From the NCBI RefSeq assembly GCF_009914755.1, contig NC_060937.1: 64,000 nucleotides of DNA; one strand, written 5' to 3'. Of the stretch, positions 43,212-58,894 are shown piece after piece. This DNA is from the human T2T-CHM13v2.0 reference genome, Homo sapiens. The notes beneath the pieces are model-generated. The model had not been told where the DNA came from and searched no databases. It saw only the letters and a list, made by a program, of their open reading frames with translations. Numbering within the stretch: the first letter of the stretch is position 1; each line of letters opens with the position of its first letter. Made by a program: the position numbers and the translations under genes.

Positions 43212-44177
43212 TATTTTGTCCTCTCGGCCATGCCTTCTTAAGTATTATAGACCTACATACACACAGAGTGGACTAACATTTAATTAAATGTCTGTAGGTT
43301 CAACTACAATTTTCCATTCATTTAGAAAGATAAAAAGCTACAGGCAAACATTGTAGAATTGTCTGGACAGCAGATGCACAAGAATATGACAAACTAGTTG
43401 CAGAAGAACAATTAATTCAGTACTGTACATGATTTTGGGGTTTGTGTGTGTATATGTGTGTAAATTGGAAAGGAAAACTTAAAAGACAAAGACTAGATTC
43501 TGAAAGGCCTCAATATTGTATCCAACCAATTGAGCATGTATTTGTCACGTACTGTGCCAGCTCCTGGAAATTCAATAGTGAGCAAAGGAGGCATGCTTTC
43601 TGTGTTGTGGAGAATCCAGTCCCGTACGGAACCCAAAATTTAATCACACCATCACTCTAGTAAATATGATTACAGCCTATGCAGTCTAGGCAGGGCCTTG
43701 CCCATCTATTGCAGGTTTTACCCTACAGAAAACAGAAAACTCTTGCATGGTCCAACTTCAGATTTTTAGATTTTCTGTTGGGAACAGAGGCGATTTATCA
43801 GATTATGTTTTATAAAAATTACTCTGATGGCTGTAGTATTGAGTAACTGAAAAAGGGTAAGTGTGATGGCAGGAAGACTGCTACAACTATTATGGTTAAT
43901 ATGTAAGAGAAGAAAACATTAGGAATAAAACTCAGGGAGAATTAAAATAATAGGTGAATTTGGTAATTAGGAGGAAAATAAGAAGCAATTTAGAATCTAA
44001 GTGGATGTGAGGATAAAAGAAATATATAGAATGATTATTAGGCATTTATTGAGCAAGTTGCTCCCATTAACTTAGATATATGCAAGGAGGAGCCATAAGA
44101 ATATTAAAATTAAGTACTTAAATTGGTCTAATTCAAATTTCCAAGGGGCATGAAAATAGTGATATTTAATAGTCAGA

Positions 44178-44640
44178 TGTGGTAAGCTAAATAATGACCT
44201 TCCAAAAATGTCTCTGGCCTAATTCCAGAAACAAGTGAAAATTAGCTTATGCAAAAAAGGGAACTTGGAGATGGGGTTATTTAAAGATCTTGATGAAGAG
44301 ATTTTTCTGGATTGTTTCAACGGTTCTGATGTAATCACAGGCGTCTTTATAGGAGGAGGTCAGAGTTAGCTGTCAAAGATGTGACAACAAAGACGGGAGG
44401 TTGATGTGACACTAGAAGAAGTGATAAGTCAGAGAATGCAGACAACTTCTAGAGCCTGAAAAAGCAAGAGAACCAATTATCCCTTAAGAGCCCCCAGAAG
44501 GAACTAGCTCTGCTCACACCTTTACTTTAGCTCAGTGAGACTGATTTTTGACTTCTGACCTCTAGAAATGTAAGGTAATACATTTTAAACCGCCAAGTTT
44601 GTGGGAATTTGCTATAGCAGCAATAAGACACTGGTAGAGA
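44178..44640 (+). mobile_element. MaLR LTR MLT1C/D-like, within L2-like sequence (~43500-44170)
   Basis: TGTGGTAAGCTAAATAATGACC start, CCAGAAGGAAC..GACTTCTGACCTCTAGAA..AAGTTTGTGG..TATAGCAGCAATA end. Confidence 0.88.
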
Positions 44641-45173
44641 TGTCTGTGTACCTGTGAACTTGAGACTAGATCTGCTCCCCTCTGTGGCTAACTCCTGTCT
44701 CAGTATGCCAGCAGCTCCGTCAACAAATCCTATCACACATTTGATGATACAGATTAAGATACGAAATGATGTGCTGCCAAAGCATCTAATTTTAAAGTAA
44801 TAAATATTATCTCAGATCCTTCTCCCACTTAATATCCTCTCTCTAGGGGAAAACATACTTGAAATCAGCAGCTTTTGCATTTGTCCATAAAACTGAACTT
44901 CATCAAAAAGATTATGCTAGGATAATGGGCAGAAGTGGGGCTACCATGAAGGATAGAAAAATATAGTGCCTTCAAGGACAACAAAGGTAAGAGACTGTAG
45001 ATTCCAACAGACTTGGAAATTGTCCAAGAATGCTGGAAGCATTCACAGCATTCCCTGCAGTGTATGGAAAGGGAACAATTGCCCACAGGGAAAGACTGTG
45101 TGATATCTCTATGGAGGCAGAGCTCTAGTGCCAGAACTTTTGGGGCTTGGCAATGTCTCAACCTCTGTATGTA

Positions 45174-45253
45174 TTAGGTTGGTGCAAAAATTATTGTGGC
45201 TTTCGCCATTACTTTTAAATGGCAAAAACCACAATTTCTTTCGCACCAACTAA
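45174..45253. mobile_element. MADE1 (Hsmar1-derived palindromic MITE)
   Basis: TTAGGTTGGTGCAAAA..GCACCAACTAA, an 80-bp imperfect palindrome with TA TSD on both sides. Confidence 0.93.
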
Positions 45254-45569
45254 TAGCATAAATAGGAGACTTCAAGGGTCCACGTGGGTTAGGGAAAATA
45301 AGGTGTTGCTTAAAATTGGCCAGGGGCTTAATATCCTTCTTCACTTTCCTGGGAATCGTAAACTTCCCAGATTCTTGTGCAATGAGAGGAATGGTATACA
45401 AATCACAGGAATAGGTGGGGTATATTAGCCCATTATCCATTTGAGATAAGTACTTGAAACTGGGTTTTTGATAGTTTTTAAATATTTAAAATGTAATAAT
45501 TCTTCCATACATCTTCTTGTGAAATAAGGTTTTCCACATACAGAAATGAAAGAATCTATAAATTATTAA

Positions 45570-46510
45570 AATTAATAGAAAAGGTCAGCATATTGAATAG
45601 ACATAACTACATAAATTCATTGATTTACTACATAGAAGCAATAAAGCAGCTTATTTTTAAAATTACATGCAAAATTGTTACTTAAATAGAATTTACAATC
45701 GATGCACACCCAAAAATATTGAAGGCATGTAGAAATGAGTTTTATAAACAATGAATAGTTATTTCTGGAGAGAAATATAAAATGTATTAATTTTTAAGGA
45801 AATTTGGTGAAGATTCTAAACATGCTATGGAATTTGAAATATGTAGGGAAGTACCCAGAGCCAAGAAGGGACAATGCATGTTTCTGAAAATGATCAACAT
45901 GAGGAAACGTGCCCTACAGATATCAAGATTAACTGTGAAGCTATAAAATAATACAGTTTGATATATAATTTTGTATTTATTTACAGTGGAAAAAAAGAGA
46001 AAAAAAGAACATTTTTCAATGTAAGATAATATTTTATGCCCTTGGGATAGGAAAGTATTTTTTAAATAGGATCCAAAAGTGAAACCACAAAGAAAAGATG
46101 AATAGATTTGACTTTGTTAATATGAAGAACTTACATCCTTAAAGAGAGGCTGAAAGTTCAGCCCCAAACTGGGCAACAATAATTACAACATGCATAACTA
46201 AAACATAATTCACATACATTAACAATTCTGACAAAACAGTAAGGGAACAACTATGTCAATAAAAGTGTGTTAAAGAAAATGTATAACCCACAGAAGAGGA
46301 AACATGAATGACTAATACACATGTGAAGGTATGCTTTAATTCATCAGTAAGAAGAAAAATGTAAATATAGCTACAAAGAAACACAATTATACACTGAAAA
46401 GATTGGCCAAAATTAAAGTGAGACAACCTCTACTATTGGGATGGACAAATAGAACCTGGTCCTCTGATGCATTTCTGGTAGAAATATTAACATTTATTTG
46501 AAAACAATTT
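45570..46510 (+). mobile_element. Highly diverged L1ME-type ORF2/3' fragment
   Basis: AAACCACAAAGAAAAGATGAATAGATTTGACT and CACAGAAGAGGAAACATGAATGACTAATACACATGTGAAG. Confidence 0.6.
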
Positions 46511-46559
46511 TCCATTATTTATGATATTCCCTTAACTTTGTTGTGTATAGTTTTTATAT

Positions 46560-46677
46560 TTAAGGTGTCTTTCAAGTGATTCACTTTTAATAAGCTGCAT
46601 TTAAAAATTTCTTAGTATTACCTATAATAATGGTCTGTCTTACAATCGATGGCATCTTAAGACTTAATGACACATGG
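46560..46677. mobile_element. Tc2-family (Kanga/MER104-like) DNA transposon end
   Basis: ATAATGGTCTGTCTTACAATCGATGGCATCTTA terminal motif. Confidence 0.55.
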
Positions 46678-48000
46678 GAATACATTTGAAAAAATGTGAC
46701 TCTTGCATCACAGAATTTCTGCTTCCAGTTTCACAGCCTAAAGTTACATTCTTACATGTGTTCACATTTTCCTAGCTACACTGGTCATATCAATACAAAT
46801 GTAAACAGAATAAGATAAATACTAGCATGACTTGGAAGTAATAAAAAGCTGAGTTTTAAGAACGACAGACATCCTCTGTGAAAAAAATCGATGGATATTA
46901 TTCCTCCATTGTAGTGGAACTTTTATCTTTTACATCTTCATGGCATTAACCAACAAATATGTTATATTGTCCTGTGTAGACAGTTATTAAATGGGTGCCT
47001 AGACTGGTAAAGATCTATACTTATACCTAGTCTCTTAATAAATCACTGTCAACCTCACAAGGATATAATAAATGCAATTTGTAAGGGAGAAATACACAGA
47101 TGATGAAACAATTGAAAAAGCAATATCTTAATTTCTTTCAGAATGTAAGATAAACTATGCTACTAAATCTAGATAAAGAAAGAGAGAAAATGTGAGTAGA
47201 CTGATTTGATACAAAATGAATGGATACATAAGAACTATTGAAACTGTGCTTTATGGAGTTGCATGCCCAAGGTGCATTTTCTCAGACCACTCAAGAAGAT
47301 GCAGAGTGTGGTGGATGGGACACAGCCCTTCTTCAGCCACAGCAGTTCTTTTTCTATTGTATTTTCATCACTGGAATAAAGGTTTTTCATTTGAGTTGCA
47401 ATTTGAGTGGCCACTTACCTAATTCTCTGTAAGATATTTTGTTAAAAATAAAATACAAATGAAATGTTTTCCCTTCAGACTTCTGTTGAATGTATTTTGA
47501 TAGGGATTCTTTCTATTCTAAGGGTCAGATTAATGTCATTAAACCTGACTGAAGCTAAAAGAGAATTCATTGTCTCAATTGAAAATGTTTAGCAGTTTGT
47601 CAGGCTTCAGGTGCAGGACATTCTTTTTTTTTTTTTTTTTCCTTATGCATCAGGAACCCGTACAAGCTATGGCTCCACTCTTTTCTTGTCTGTATGCTGA
47701 CTTCCATCTCAGACAGGCTTCTTTTTTTTTTTTTATGGTGACCTCAAGACAACTGCATTAGTTGCAGATCTCACAGCCCCTTACTTCTCATTCAATGGAG
47801 AAGAGAAAGCTCAGAATACTAAATAGTTTTTAAAAAGTCAATCAATCAGCTTAGGCCTAATTTTCATGCCATGATTCAGCCTGGTGTTCCCAGGAATTTC
47901 TAGCTCAAGGAGAATACAATTACGCTAACACGTTAAGCTGTCAGGGCCCACTGAAAGGAGAGTAGGCCTTATGCTCCACCAAGAAAATCACGTATAATAT

Positions 48001-48168
48001 CAGAAACAGTTACTCAATTTTCAGGGCCCAGTGAAAAATGAGAGCACAGGATCCTTTGTTAAAAAGAAAATCTAATGATCTTTAGACGTGCTTAAATCAA
48101 GCATGGAACTCTTACAAGTATGGGGCCTTGTTGTACTGCACAGGCTGTATTCCCATGAAGTCCTCACT
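48001..48168. mobile_element. MER91A-like hAT-Tip100 MITE
   Basis: GGGCCCAGTGAAAAATGA..TGGGGCCTTG..ACTGCACAGG..CCCATGAAG. Confidence 0.7.
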
Positions 48169-49077
48169 GTGTACTTTCTAACCAGAAGAAGAGTGAATAC
48201 ATTCTGGATGGCAAAAATGGCATATGTGCAATATGTAAATTACATGCAAGATTTTATTCACCCTTTACCATTTTAGTTCCAGCTGGTATTTGGGGTTTTG
48301 GAAAAGTCCAAAACTAAAAAAAACAAAACAAAACAAAACAAAAAACTTAATAATAATAAAAACCATGAAACATACATTATTTTCTTTTATACACTTTATG
48401 CCTTTTTTTTACATCTGTATCTTAACTTCCATTTTTTGTCTCCATCATCCTCACTTGTATATACCAATATCTCTTATTCTACAAGAAAAAAGAAAAATTC
48501 TCAAGTGAGCAGAATCTCCTTCTCTCACATTAATGCAGATGTGCTGACCTCGTTCATTCAATCCTTAATTATATTTATCTCCTCTGTTTTCCTGGAGCAC
48601 TTCATAAGTCTCTCACTTTTCCAGTGACTTCTCAGTTTTCATTATTTCTGAATCTAACTATGATACACTTATAGTATGCAAATCAATGCCTTGCAACTAG
48701 CAGGGCCCAATAAATATTTGATGAGTAAATGAGTATCATTATTTACTTTACTGTTATGCTTATTTGCATTCCTGGCTCTGACTGAATTCCACAATTTAAT
48801 TAGGTAATATATGTTAAAGCCCACATGTAATTCTTGCTACTAGTCCATTCTCAGAACAAAATGTAATATGATTTGAATTTGTATGATTACATCATTTGAA
48901 TAAATGATTCAAATTTTTATATCTCAGAGAAATCTGCTTTGGGCTGCTTAATCTCCAACTTTGCCATGAGTACAGAAGGCATGTTATACATAATATTTTG
49001 TCTTAAATAAATCATGCTTCAATAAACATAATTATAATCTGTGATTTTCTAAATGAAGAAATCATCTCAAAGTAGTA

Positions 49078-49174
49078 TTTTTTTCTTTTTCTTTTTAATT
49101 TAATTTTATTTTATTGTTATTATACTTTAAGTTTTAGGGTACATGTGCACAATGTGCAGGTTTGTTACATATGT
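49078..49174 (-). mobile_element. Extremely 5'-truncated L1PA 3' tip with tail
   Basis: TTATTATACTTTAAGTTTTAGGGTACATGTGCACAATGTGCAGGTTTGTTACATATGT preceded by a T-rich tail. Confidence 0.93.
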
Positions 49175-51749
49175 GTGAGAGAGAGAGAGAGAGAGATATT
49201 TGCCTTGTGTTATCTTAATTATGTTCCAAGCCCCATTATATTTTAATTTAGGAAAGCGTTATACAAACATGAAAAAGACTTGCTTGCTGGAAGACTTTAT
49301 AATTATGTTTCATATACCAGGTTGTCATGACTAATTACTCACTTTTTTACCTTAAAATGAAAACCAAGTTAGTGACGCTCCATATTCTTAAACAAAATGA
49401 TATTAGCACAACATTATTTTTTGCTTAAAGACCTTACTAGAGTACAAACATGTTTGCATACCTTATCTGTAATTGCAAATGTTGCTGTAGCAGGAAAGCT
49501 ATTAACGTTGTGTGGTGAACATGAAAAAAATGCTCTCATTGAAAGAAAAAATATTAGGCAGATTATTTCATTATTAGCTTGATTGGTTTTTAATCTGGTC
49601 ATCAGCCTTCTGCCTCATGCTTACAATAATTTGCATTCTTCTAGTAAACTTTAGCTGAAATGACCAAAAAAGTCAACATATTTTCCAAGCAGTAAGTCTA
49701 CTAATAGAAAAAATCAGTTTTCAAGATCAGGTTTTATGTTGTTTGAATGTAATTCTGCCTTAAAAATATATTATTTTGTAATGATTAGTGTCACTTTGTA
49801 TGGCCATTCATGTAAATAGTATATCTCTTACTACTAATTTTTTTATTCTAATAAGAAAAAAATTCATAACACTTTCAGGAAAATCAATTATAAAATCTAC
49901 TTTATACTAAATAACATTTTCTTTCATGTTTACTGATATTTATATACTTATATATGTTCATTTACATGTATATTATTTATATGTATCCATCTATTTATAC
50001 TAACAGAAAATCTCTATGTAATGAGATTACATAGATATGTATGCAAATAGATACATAGAGTGAGAACAAACAGGATGTTATCACAACATCTACACCAGTG
50101 AGACGCTACAATTAAGAGACCACTGAATATATCTACATGCTGAAACTTTCAAACACAAACTGGTTAATTTTGTGAATATAAGGTTGCTTAATGGCTTAAA
50201 TATTGAGACTGTAGCTTAGTAAAAAATGCAGCAATAAACTTGATGAAAAGTTGAAACTAATTTAGGTGTTCCCAAGGTTACACATGCTTTATATTTTGTA
50301 GAAAAATATTATTTGACTGTATTACAAAATAATCCATATGCTTATACTTTAGGACAAGAAAGAATGAAAAGAAAATTGAAGCAACTGTCAAAATGTCTAT
50401 GGAGGAAAAGAGGATTTGGTGACCCAAATTATCAAGCTTGTCATGAACATTAATTTAATAAGTCTGTAATCACACAATGATATTCAAATGGAAAATTGAG
50501 GAATTATTTAATCAATTTTATCAATCTGGATAATCCAAGCTCAAATCCTTTTTGATCCTCAATAGCCTGGGAAGATTTTAGGCATTTGTATTTTTCATAT
50601 AATTGCCCTAATTCTCTCTTTAACTTTTTCTTCATATTCAAAGCTAAACTCATCCTGCATTTAAATTTGCTCTTTCTATGTATGGAACAAAGTGTTCTGA
50701 CATGGAATAAGTAGTAAAGTTAATACTCATAAAGCATTAATGAAAATAAATTATAGGAACACAAAGGGATTTACACATATATTTCTTTTGCAATTATGGT
50801 GAGATAAATATTTTTTCTTTTTGAAAAAATATATGTATTCTCCCATAAAACTTACCTTATTCAGCACTTACTTTAGTAGACAATCAGTAACTACATTTTC
50901 TCACACAAATTTGATAAATGTAGTGTGTGTGTATGTGTGTGTGAGTGTGTTTAACTGGGAAAGTTAGTACATCACAATAACAATAACAATAAAACACTGT
51001 GTGAAGGTATACATATTTATGGTACATTTCAAAAAACCATTTTGTTCCTTCCTTTGAGGAAACAGAAAATTCTAAGAAAATCAGTTAAATATAGTATACT
51101 TGCTACGCTAATTGTCTTACATAAAAAGAGATGTATTAAGATGTTATACATGTGGTATGCCATCTGTTTCTGTTTTTGTTGTATTCATCACATGCATCTG
51201 TCCTAATTCAGCTATAAGGAAACACTTAAATATAATTTACACATCAAAGCTATTGCAAAAAATCAATTTTATGCATGTGAAACCCTCCTTTTTCTGAAAT
51301 GTGTCCTAAGTTCAAAGATCAACACAGTTTCAAATTAAGCCTCGCTCTTCAAAATGAAATTTTTCAAAAATTTGGCTGGATAATAGGGATCTGAATCACT
51401 CAAATGTGTAAAAGTTGTTTCAAAAGTTATAGAGGCCATCATTTGTATGGTTCATCTATTTCAGAGAACTATGAAAACTGATCTTAGAAAGTTGAACTAA
51501 AAAATTTTGTTGTATTTCACTATGTTCATGTCATCTAAACTATAAATGTTTTAAAATAAAATATATACAGCTATAGAAAAAGATTATTTTATAACATATG
51601 CTTAGTGATGATCATCCTAATATTACGTCTTGCATTAAAAATATTTTGTCTTGAATTAAAAGTATACATTTAAGTCTTTATTAAAGGGAATAAAATGTAT
51701 ATTCTGAAAACAATCAAATGAACTTACCTATATATCAACTGAATAAAAT

Positions 51750-53530
51750 AATGGTATGGAAGAAAAGAATATGAATACAAGTAGGTTTTGAATATAATAC
51801 TTTGACTATGTACTCTTTGGCTAAAGACAAATACAACTATAAATCAATATTGAATTCTAATTAGTTGGTTCGTGTTATTAGTTCAGCAATGATGTGACTG
51901 TGAATACTACAGTACTAGTGAGTGAGGAAGAAGTTAGTGGCTGGTTAGACAAATAGAGAGGGAATGTCTCAGGAGAAGGATAGTGAAGGTCATGTTCACT
52001 GGAATAACCAAAGGACAGTACCTATACTGTCTCTGCATCAAACAGGAAGAAATGTGGTGAAGAACTTCCTCTTATGCCAGGATATTGCTCAGAAGGGACT
52101 GTCCCAACTTGGGTGCAGTTGCAATAAATTAACCTAAATGTCCTTAACTTGACCCAGCTCATTATAATGTCATTAACATGACATTAGCATTGTGGTTTTA
52201 GCCCTGCCTTGAGTTTCACTTAGGCACTCCTGGGTAATAACTGAGATGGAGTCACTCTGTCCGACAGCAGGCATGCACAGATGCAACACCCCTAGGACAG
52301 AACATTACCTCTCCCGTTAGGGCAAAACCCAAAGAAGACTTCCTGGCTTCTGCCACATAAAAGATACAGAACGCAGTCCTGTTTCTGACAACCTTCTTTC
52401 AGGACCCCTCTCTGCTAAGAGCTTTCATTTTGCTTAATAAATCCTACCCTACTCTACTCACTCTCTAGTGGCTACTTGCCTTATTCTTCTTGGTCATGGG
52501 ACAAGAACTCAGACCTAGTTGAACTAGGGACTAAACAGACTGCAACACTAACAAGTGAGTAAACATTTGAAGTTTTAACAGTGTGAGAAGAAAGAGACAA
52601 AAAGAAAAGGCAAAGAATAACTTTGGAGTATAAATTAAAAATTTGGAGGCATCAATATAAACTCATTCTTGATGTACATGCACATATACATTCATATGTA
52701 TATATGCATATAATTTTAGCTATTTCTGTAGCAGTAAGTACAATAATTCAATATATTGGCTTCCAGAAGGTCACTAAATGAAATTAGTGCTCCTTAGAGT
52801 AATGGTTGATTGTAGGGCTGGTAAAGGGATAGTTTTGAATGAGCCTTAAAATTCTTATGCCTGCAAAATAAGGAAATGTGCTAATAATTCTGAGATCATG
52901 ACAAAAAGACACAGAAGGAAACTTAAGGGAACATTCACTGCAAATTTACAACAATTTTGAGCACTTAAACAAATAATGAAAGTCATAGTTTATAATACAT
53001 TAAATAAAATTAAATAAAACTATCATAAATGAATAGAAAAGGCCAACTAACAAATATTAAATAATGATAAAATTATAAAAGTGAAAGTTACAACAATTTT
53101 TCTAAGAATTCAGGCAAGTTTTGCTAATGAATGCTAAAACTACTGGTTCATAAATTTGATAACAAACAGGATAATTGTATTAGTGAAATTATTTTTTATT
53201 AAAAAAGATGAAAATGAAATGTGGAAAAACTCACAGATATTACCTCATTCAAGAGCTCAAAATTTATCAGCAATATTGAAACTGTAATCATATACCTTGG
53301 AATGTGATGCACTGCAGAGAACACAGAATTCTGTTTTGTAGTGTCCCTGCTAAATAACATGAATTTAATAATGCAGACACATTTAAAACTCAAATTAAGT
53401 TTCCATGAAACAACTGGCTTACACTTTTCAAAGGAAAAATATTAAGACAAACAAAGAAAGGCTGTCAAACTTTTCTGGATTAAAGGAAACTAAAGAGCAT
53501 GACTCAGTGTGATTGATAATATTGGAGAAA
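51750..53530 (+). mobile_element. L1MC4-like 3'UTR remnant, interrupted by an LTR
   Basis: GAAATTAGTGCTCCTTAGAGTAATGGTTGATT and GATTAAAGGAAACTAAAGAGCATGAC motifs. Boundaries are approximate. Confidence 0.6.
51919..52547 (+). mobile_element. ERV1 solo LTR (MER73-like)
   Basis: TG..CA ends, TATA-like CATAAAA, AATAAA at 52436-52441, end GACAAGAACTCAGACCTAGTTGAACTAGGGACTAAACAGACTGCAACA. Imperfect 4-bp TSD CTAG/CTAA. Confidence 0.75.
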
Positions 53531-54229
53531 TTTCTACAAATGTCATTGTCAGGACCTGAAAACCACATCAAAACTATGCAAAGAAGTAATGAGTATTAGG
53601 GGATGCATCACAAATGCCACACATTTTATGAAACTGGAGACATTTGGAATTGTGTAGAAATAAATCAAATGAGAGGAATGGTAAGTAATTTATTGACTGG
53701 GAGAACTTAAAACATACAAGAGTGCAGAAAGGTAGAACAAAGAGAAGCAAGGCGATTTACCTTGAGGAACTTACCATTTTTCAGGAATTAAATATACCAA
53801 GTATCATAGTACGTAGCTGAGATATGGTGTGTGAAAATATCCAATTGTTTGTAAGTCTTTTAAATGCCTTTGGTTATGCAGCATTGGCCCATAGAATACT
53901 TGGAATATAGTTTCTAGAGAAACAAAACAAGACTGTTCCTAGACTCACAAACCCAAAGGACCAATGCAGGTGGTACAGGGAGCACTAATTTAAATCTGCA
54001 GGATGAAGAGAATGTCCACATACTGTATATTGAGGACACTAAATCCACCTTTCCCTGCCTTACATCTAAAACTCTCCCTCCCAAGTAGATGAGAAGACAC
54101 TAGATATATTTCGAAATTCCCAAGGAAAACTGACTGATTACCTGATTATCTAGGGGAAAGTAAATCAATGTAATGTCATTCTAATTCTAATCTTTAATTG
54201 TTAAGGCTACAGGTTAATAAACCATCGAT

Positions 54230-57170
<2,941 letters not shown>

Positions 57171-57180
57171 TGATTATTAC

Positions 57181-57430
57181 TATATATACATATATGTGTA
57201 TGTATATATATATACACACACGTGTATATATAAACCACACATATATGTATACATCTCAATTCTACAATATATATGTGTGTACATATATAGTGTGTGTATA
57301 TTAGACATTGTTATATGTGTATGTGTCATATATACACTATATGCACATGTGCTTATATGTATACATGCATATATACATATACACATATACAAATATAATC
57401 ATACACACACACATATATATGTATATATAG
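57181..57430. repeat. Degenerate (TA/CA/TG)n purine-pyrimidine tract
   Basis: About 250 bp of alternating RY dinucleotides. Confidence 0.92.
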
Positions 57431-57974
57431 TCTGTTTATTTTGGTTAGTTCAGATGGAAAAATAAATCTTGTCCTTGTTACTTCATATAGGTCAGAAGCA
57501 GGTGTCTCTCTCACTTTGTTTTGACTGTAATTTTTCATACTATGTTTCTTAATTTCAAGTATTTATTTTTATAGTCAAATTTTTCAATAGTTATTGTAGG
57601 ATTTTTTCCATAGTTTTATTATTTCCTGTCTTAATTATTCTTGTTGGCGTCTCTGTTTTTTTTTTCTTTTAAAAACATAATTGTTTCACAAAATAATGAA
57701 GTACAGAGAATGATTATTAGAATTGTCTGTAAGTCCAATACATGATTCAACATCTGTATATTTAAGGTACTGTACAATAGCTTTTAGAGAAAGATTTAGT
57801 TAGCCACTACTAAATATTCGTTTCATTATTCTTAGTGCTGTGATTACTGAAAGGACTGCACTTTCTAATCCCCTTGACATGGATCTAAATCTAATAGCAC
57901 TTCCCAATATTGAAAATATTGTACTATTTTCCACATTTGTCACTCTTATCATTTCTTATATGTTCATATTTTTA

Positions 57975-58090
57975 TAATATAAGGTCCCAGAGGACAAGGA
58001 TATTTGTATGCTCTGTTCACTCCTGTATTTCAAGAGTCTAGACAGATGCTGGGCTAGAGTAGGCACTAACTATTAATTTCTGAATAAATG
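57975..58090 (+). mobile_element. L2 3' end
   Basis: ATAAGGTCCCAGAGGACAAGGA..TGTTCACTCCTGTATT..AGTAGGCACT..TGAATAAATG. Confidence 0.8.
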
Positions 58091-58689
58091 GGGGATGCTA
58101 GTAAAGAGTTAAATCTTTGGATAGTGTTCCAAGCTGGAAGTGGTCTATGACTCCTGAGAACTCAACTTTCGCCGTCTAAAGGCAGGAGCACTAGGTATGA
58201 AGATTTTGAAACTGGCCCAAGTCATTATTCTGACAATAGCTAGCTTTGAGTCAATTTGAGTAGGATACTTCATTTCTCTTTTGTTGTTTTTGTTGTCAGT
58301 TAGTTTAATGGTTTTGTTTCCTTACTAATTAAAGGAGGTATTTAATTTGCATTATTCTGATGGTTGACTTTTACATTTTATGTAACTTTCATGTTGTTGA
58401 ATTGGCCACTGATTTCCTGGTTTTGTTACTCTTCCTTTAATCTCATAATTCATTTTGCCTATATTTTCTTACTAATTTCTTTTCCCCTCCACTCTCCTAT
58501 TCCTTCTGGCTAGCATTTAATCTCTTTTTTTAAACTCTTTTACTTCCTATTGTTTCTCTGTCCCTCCATCTTTTTCTTTTGCCGGCTTGTTCATGCCTTC
58601 TTCTTTTCTCTTTATCATTGTTTCCCTTTCCCTTTTTTTCTTCTTTTCCACTCTGCTTTCTCATTTATTTTTCTCTCATTCTTAATCAC

Positions 58690-58820
58690 ACATGTTCATT
58701 CATTTAACAAATTTTTATAAATTAATAAGCACAAGTCATGTGCTAAGTATTATGTTATATACTGGGGAGATGAGGTAAAATAGGCTGATGAAGTACTTGG
58801 CCTGATAAGTTTAGAATCTG
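58690..58820 (-). mobile_element. L2 3' end, antisense
   Basis: TTCATTCATTTAACAAAT..ATGTGCTAAGTATTATGTTA..ACTGGGGA. Confidence 0.65.
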
Positions 58821-58894
58821 TCAGAGTGCAATGCCTTCACTATATCAAAAAATACAGGCAAGAAGCAAGAGTGAGGGTGTTAAATAATTTCTTT

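Noticed and set aside
57180-57538. Y/I/H/V-rich ORFs
   Set aside because: Translations of the TA/CA dinucleotide tract.
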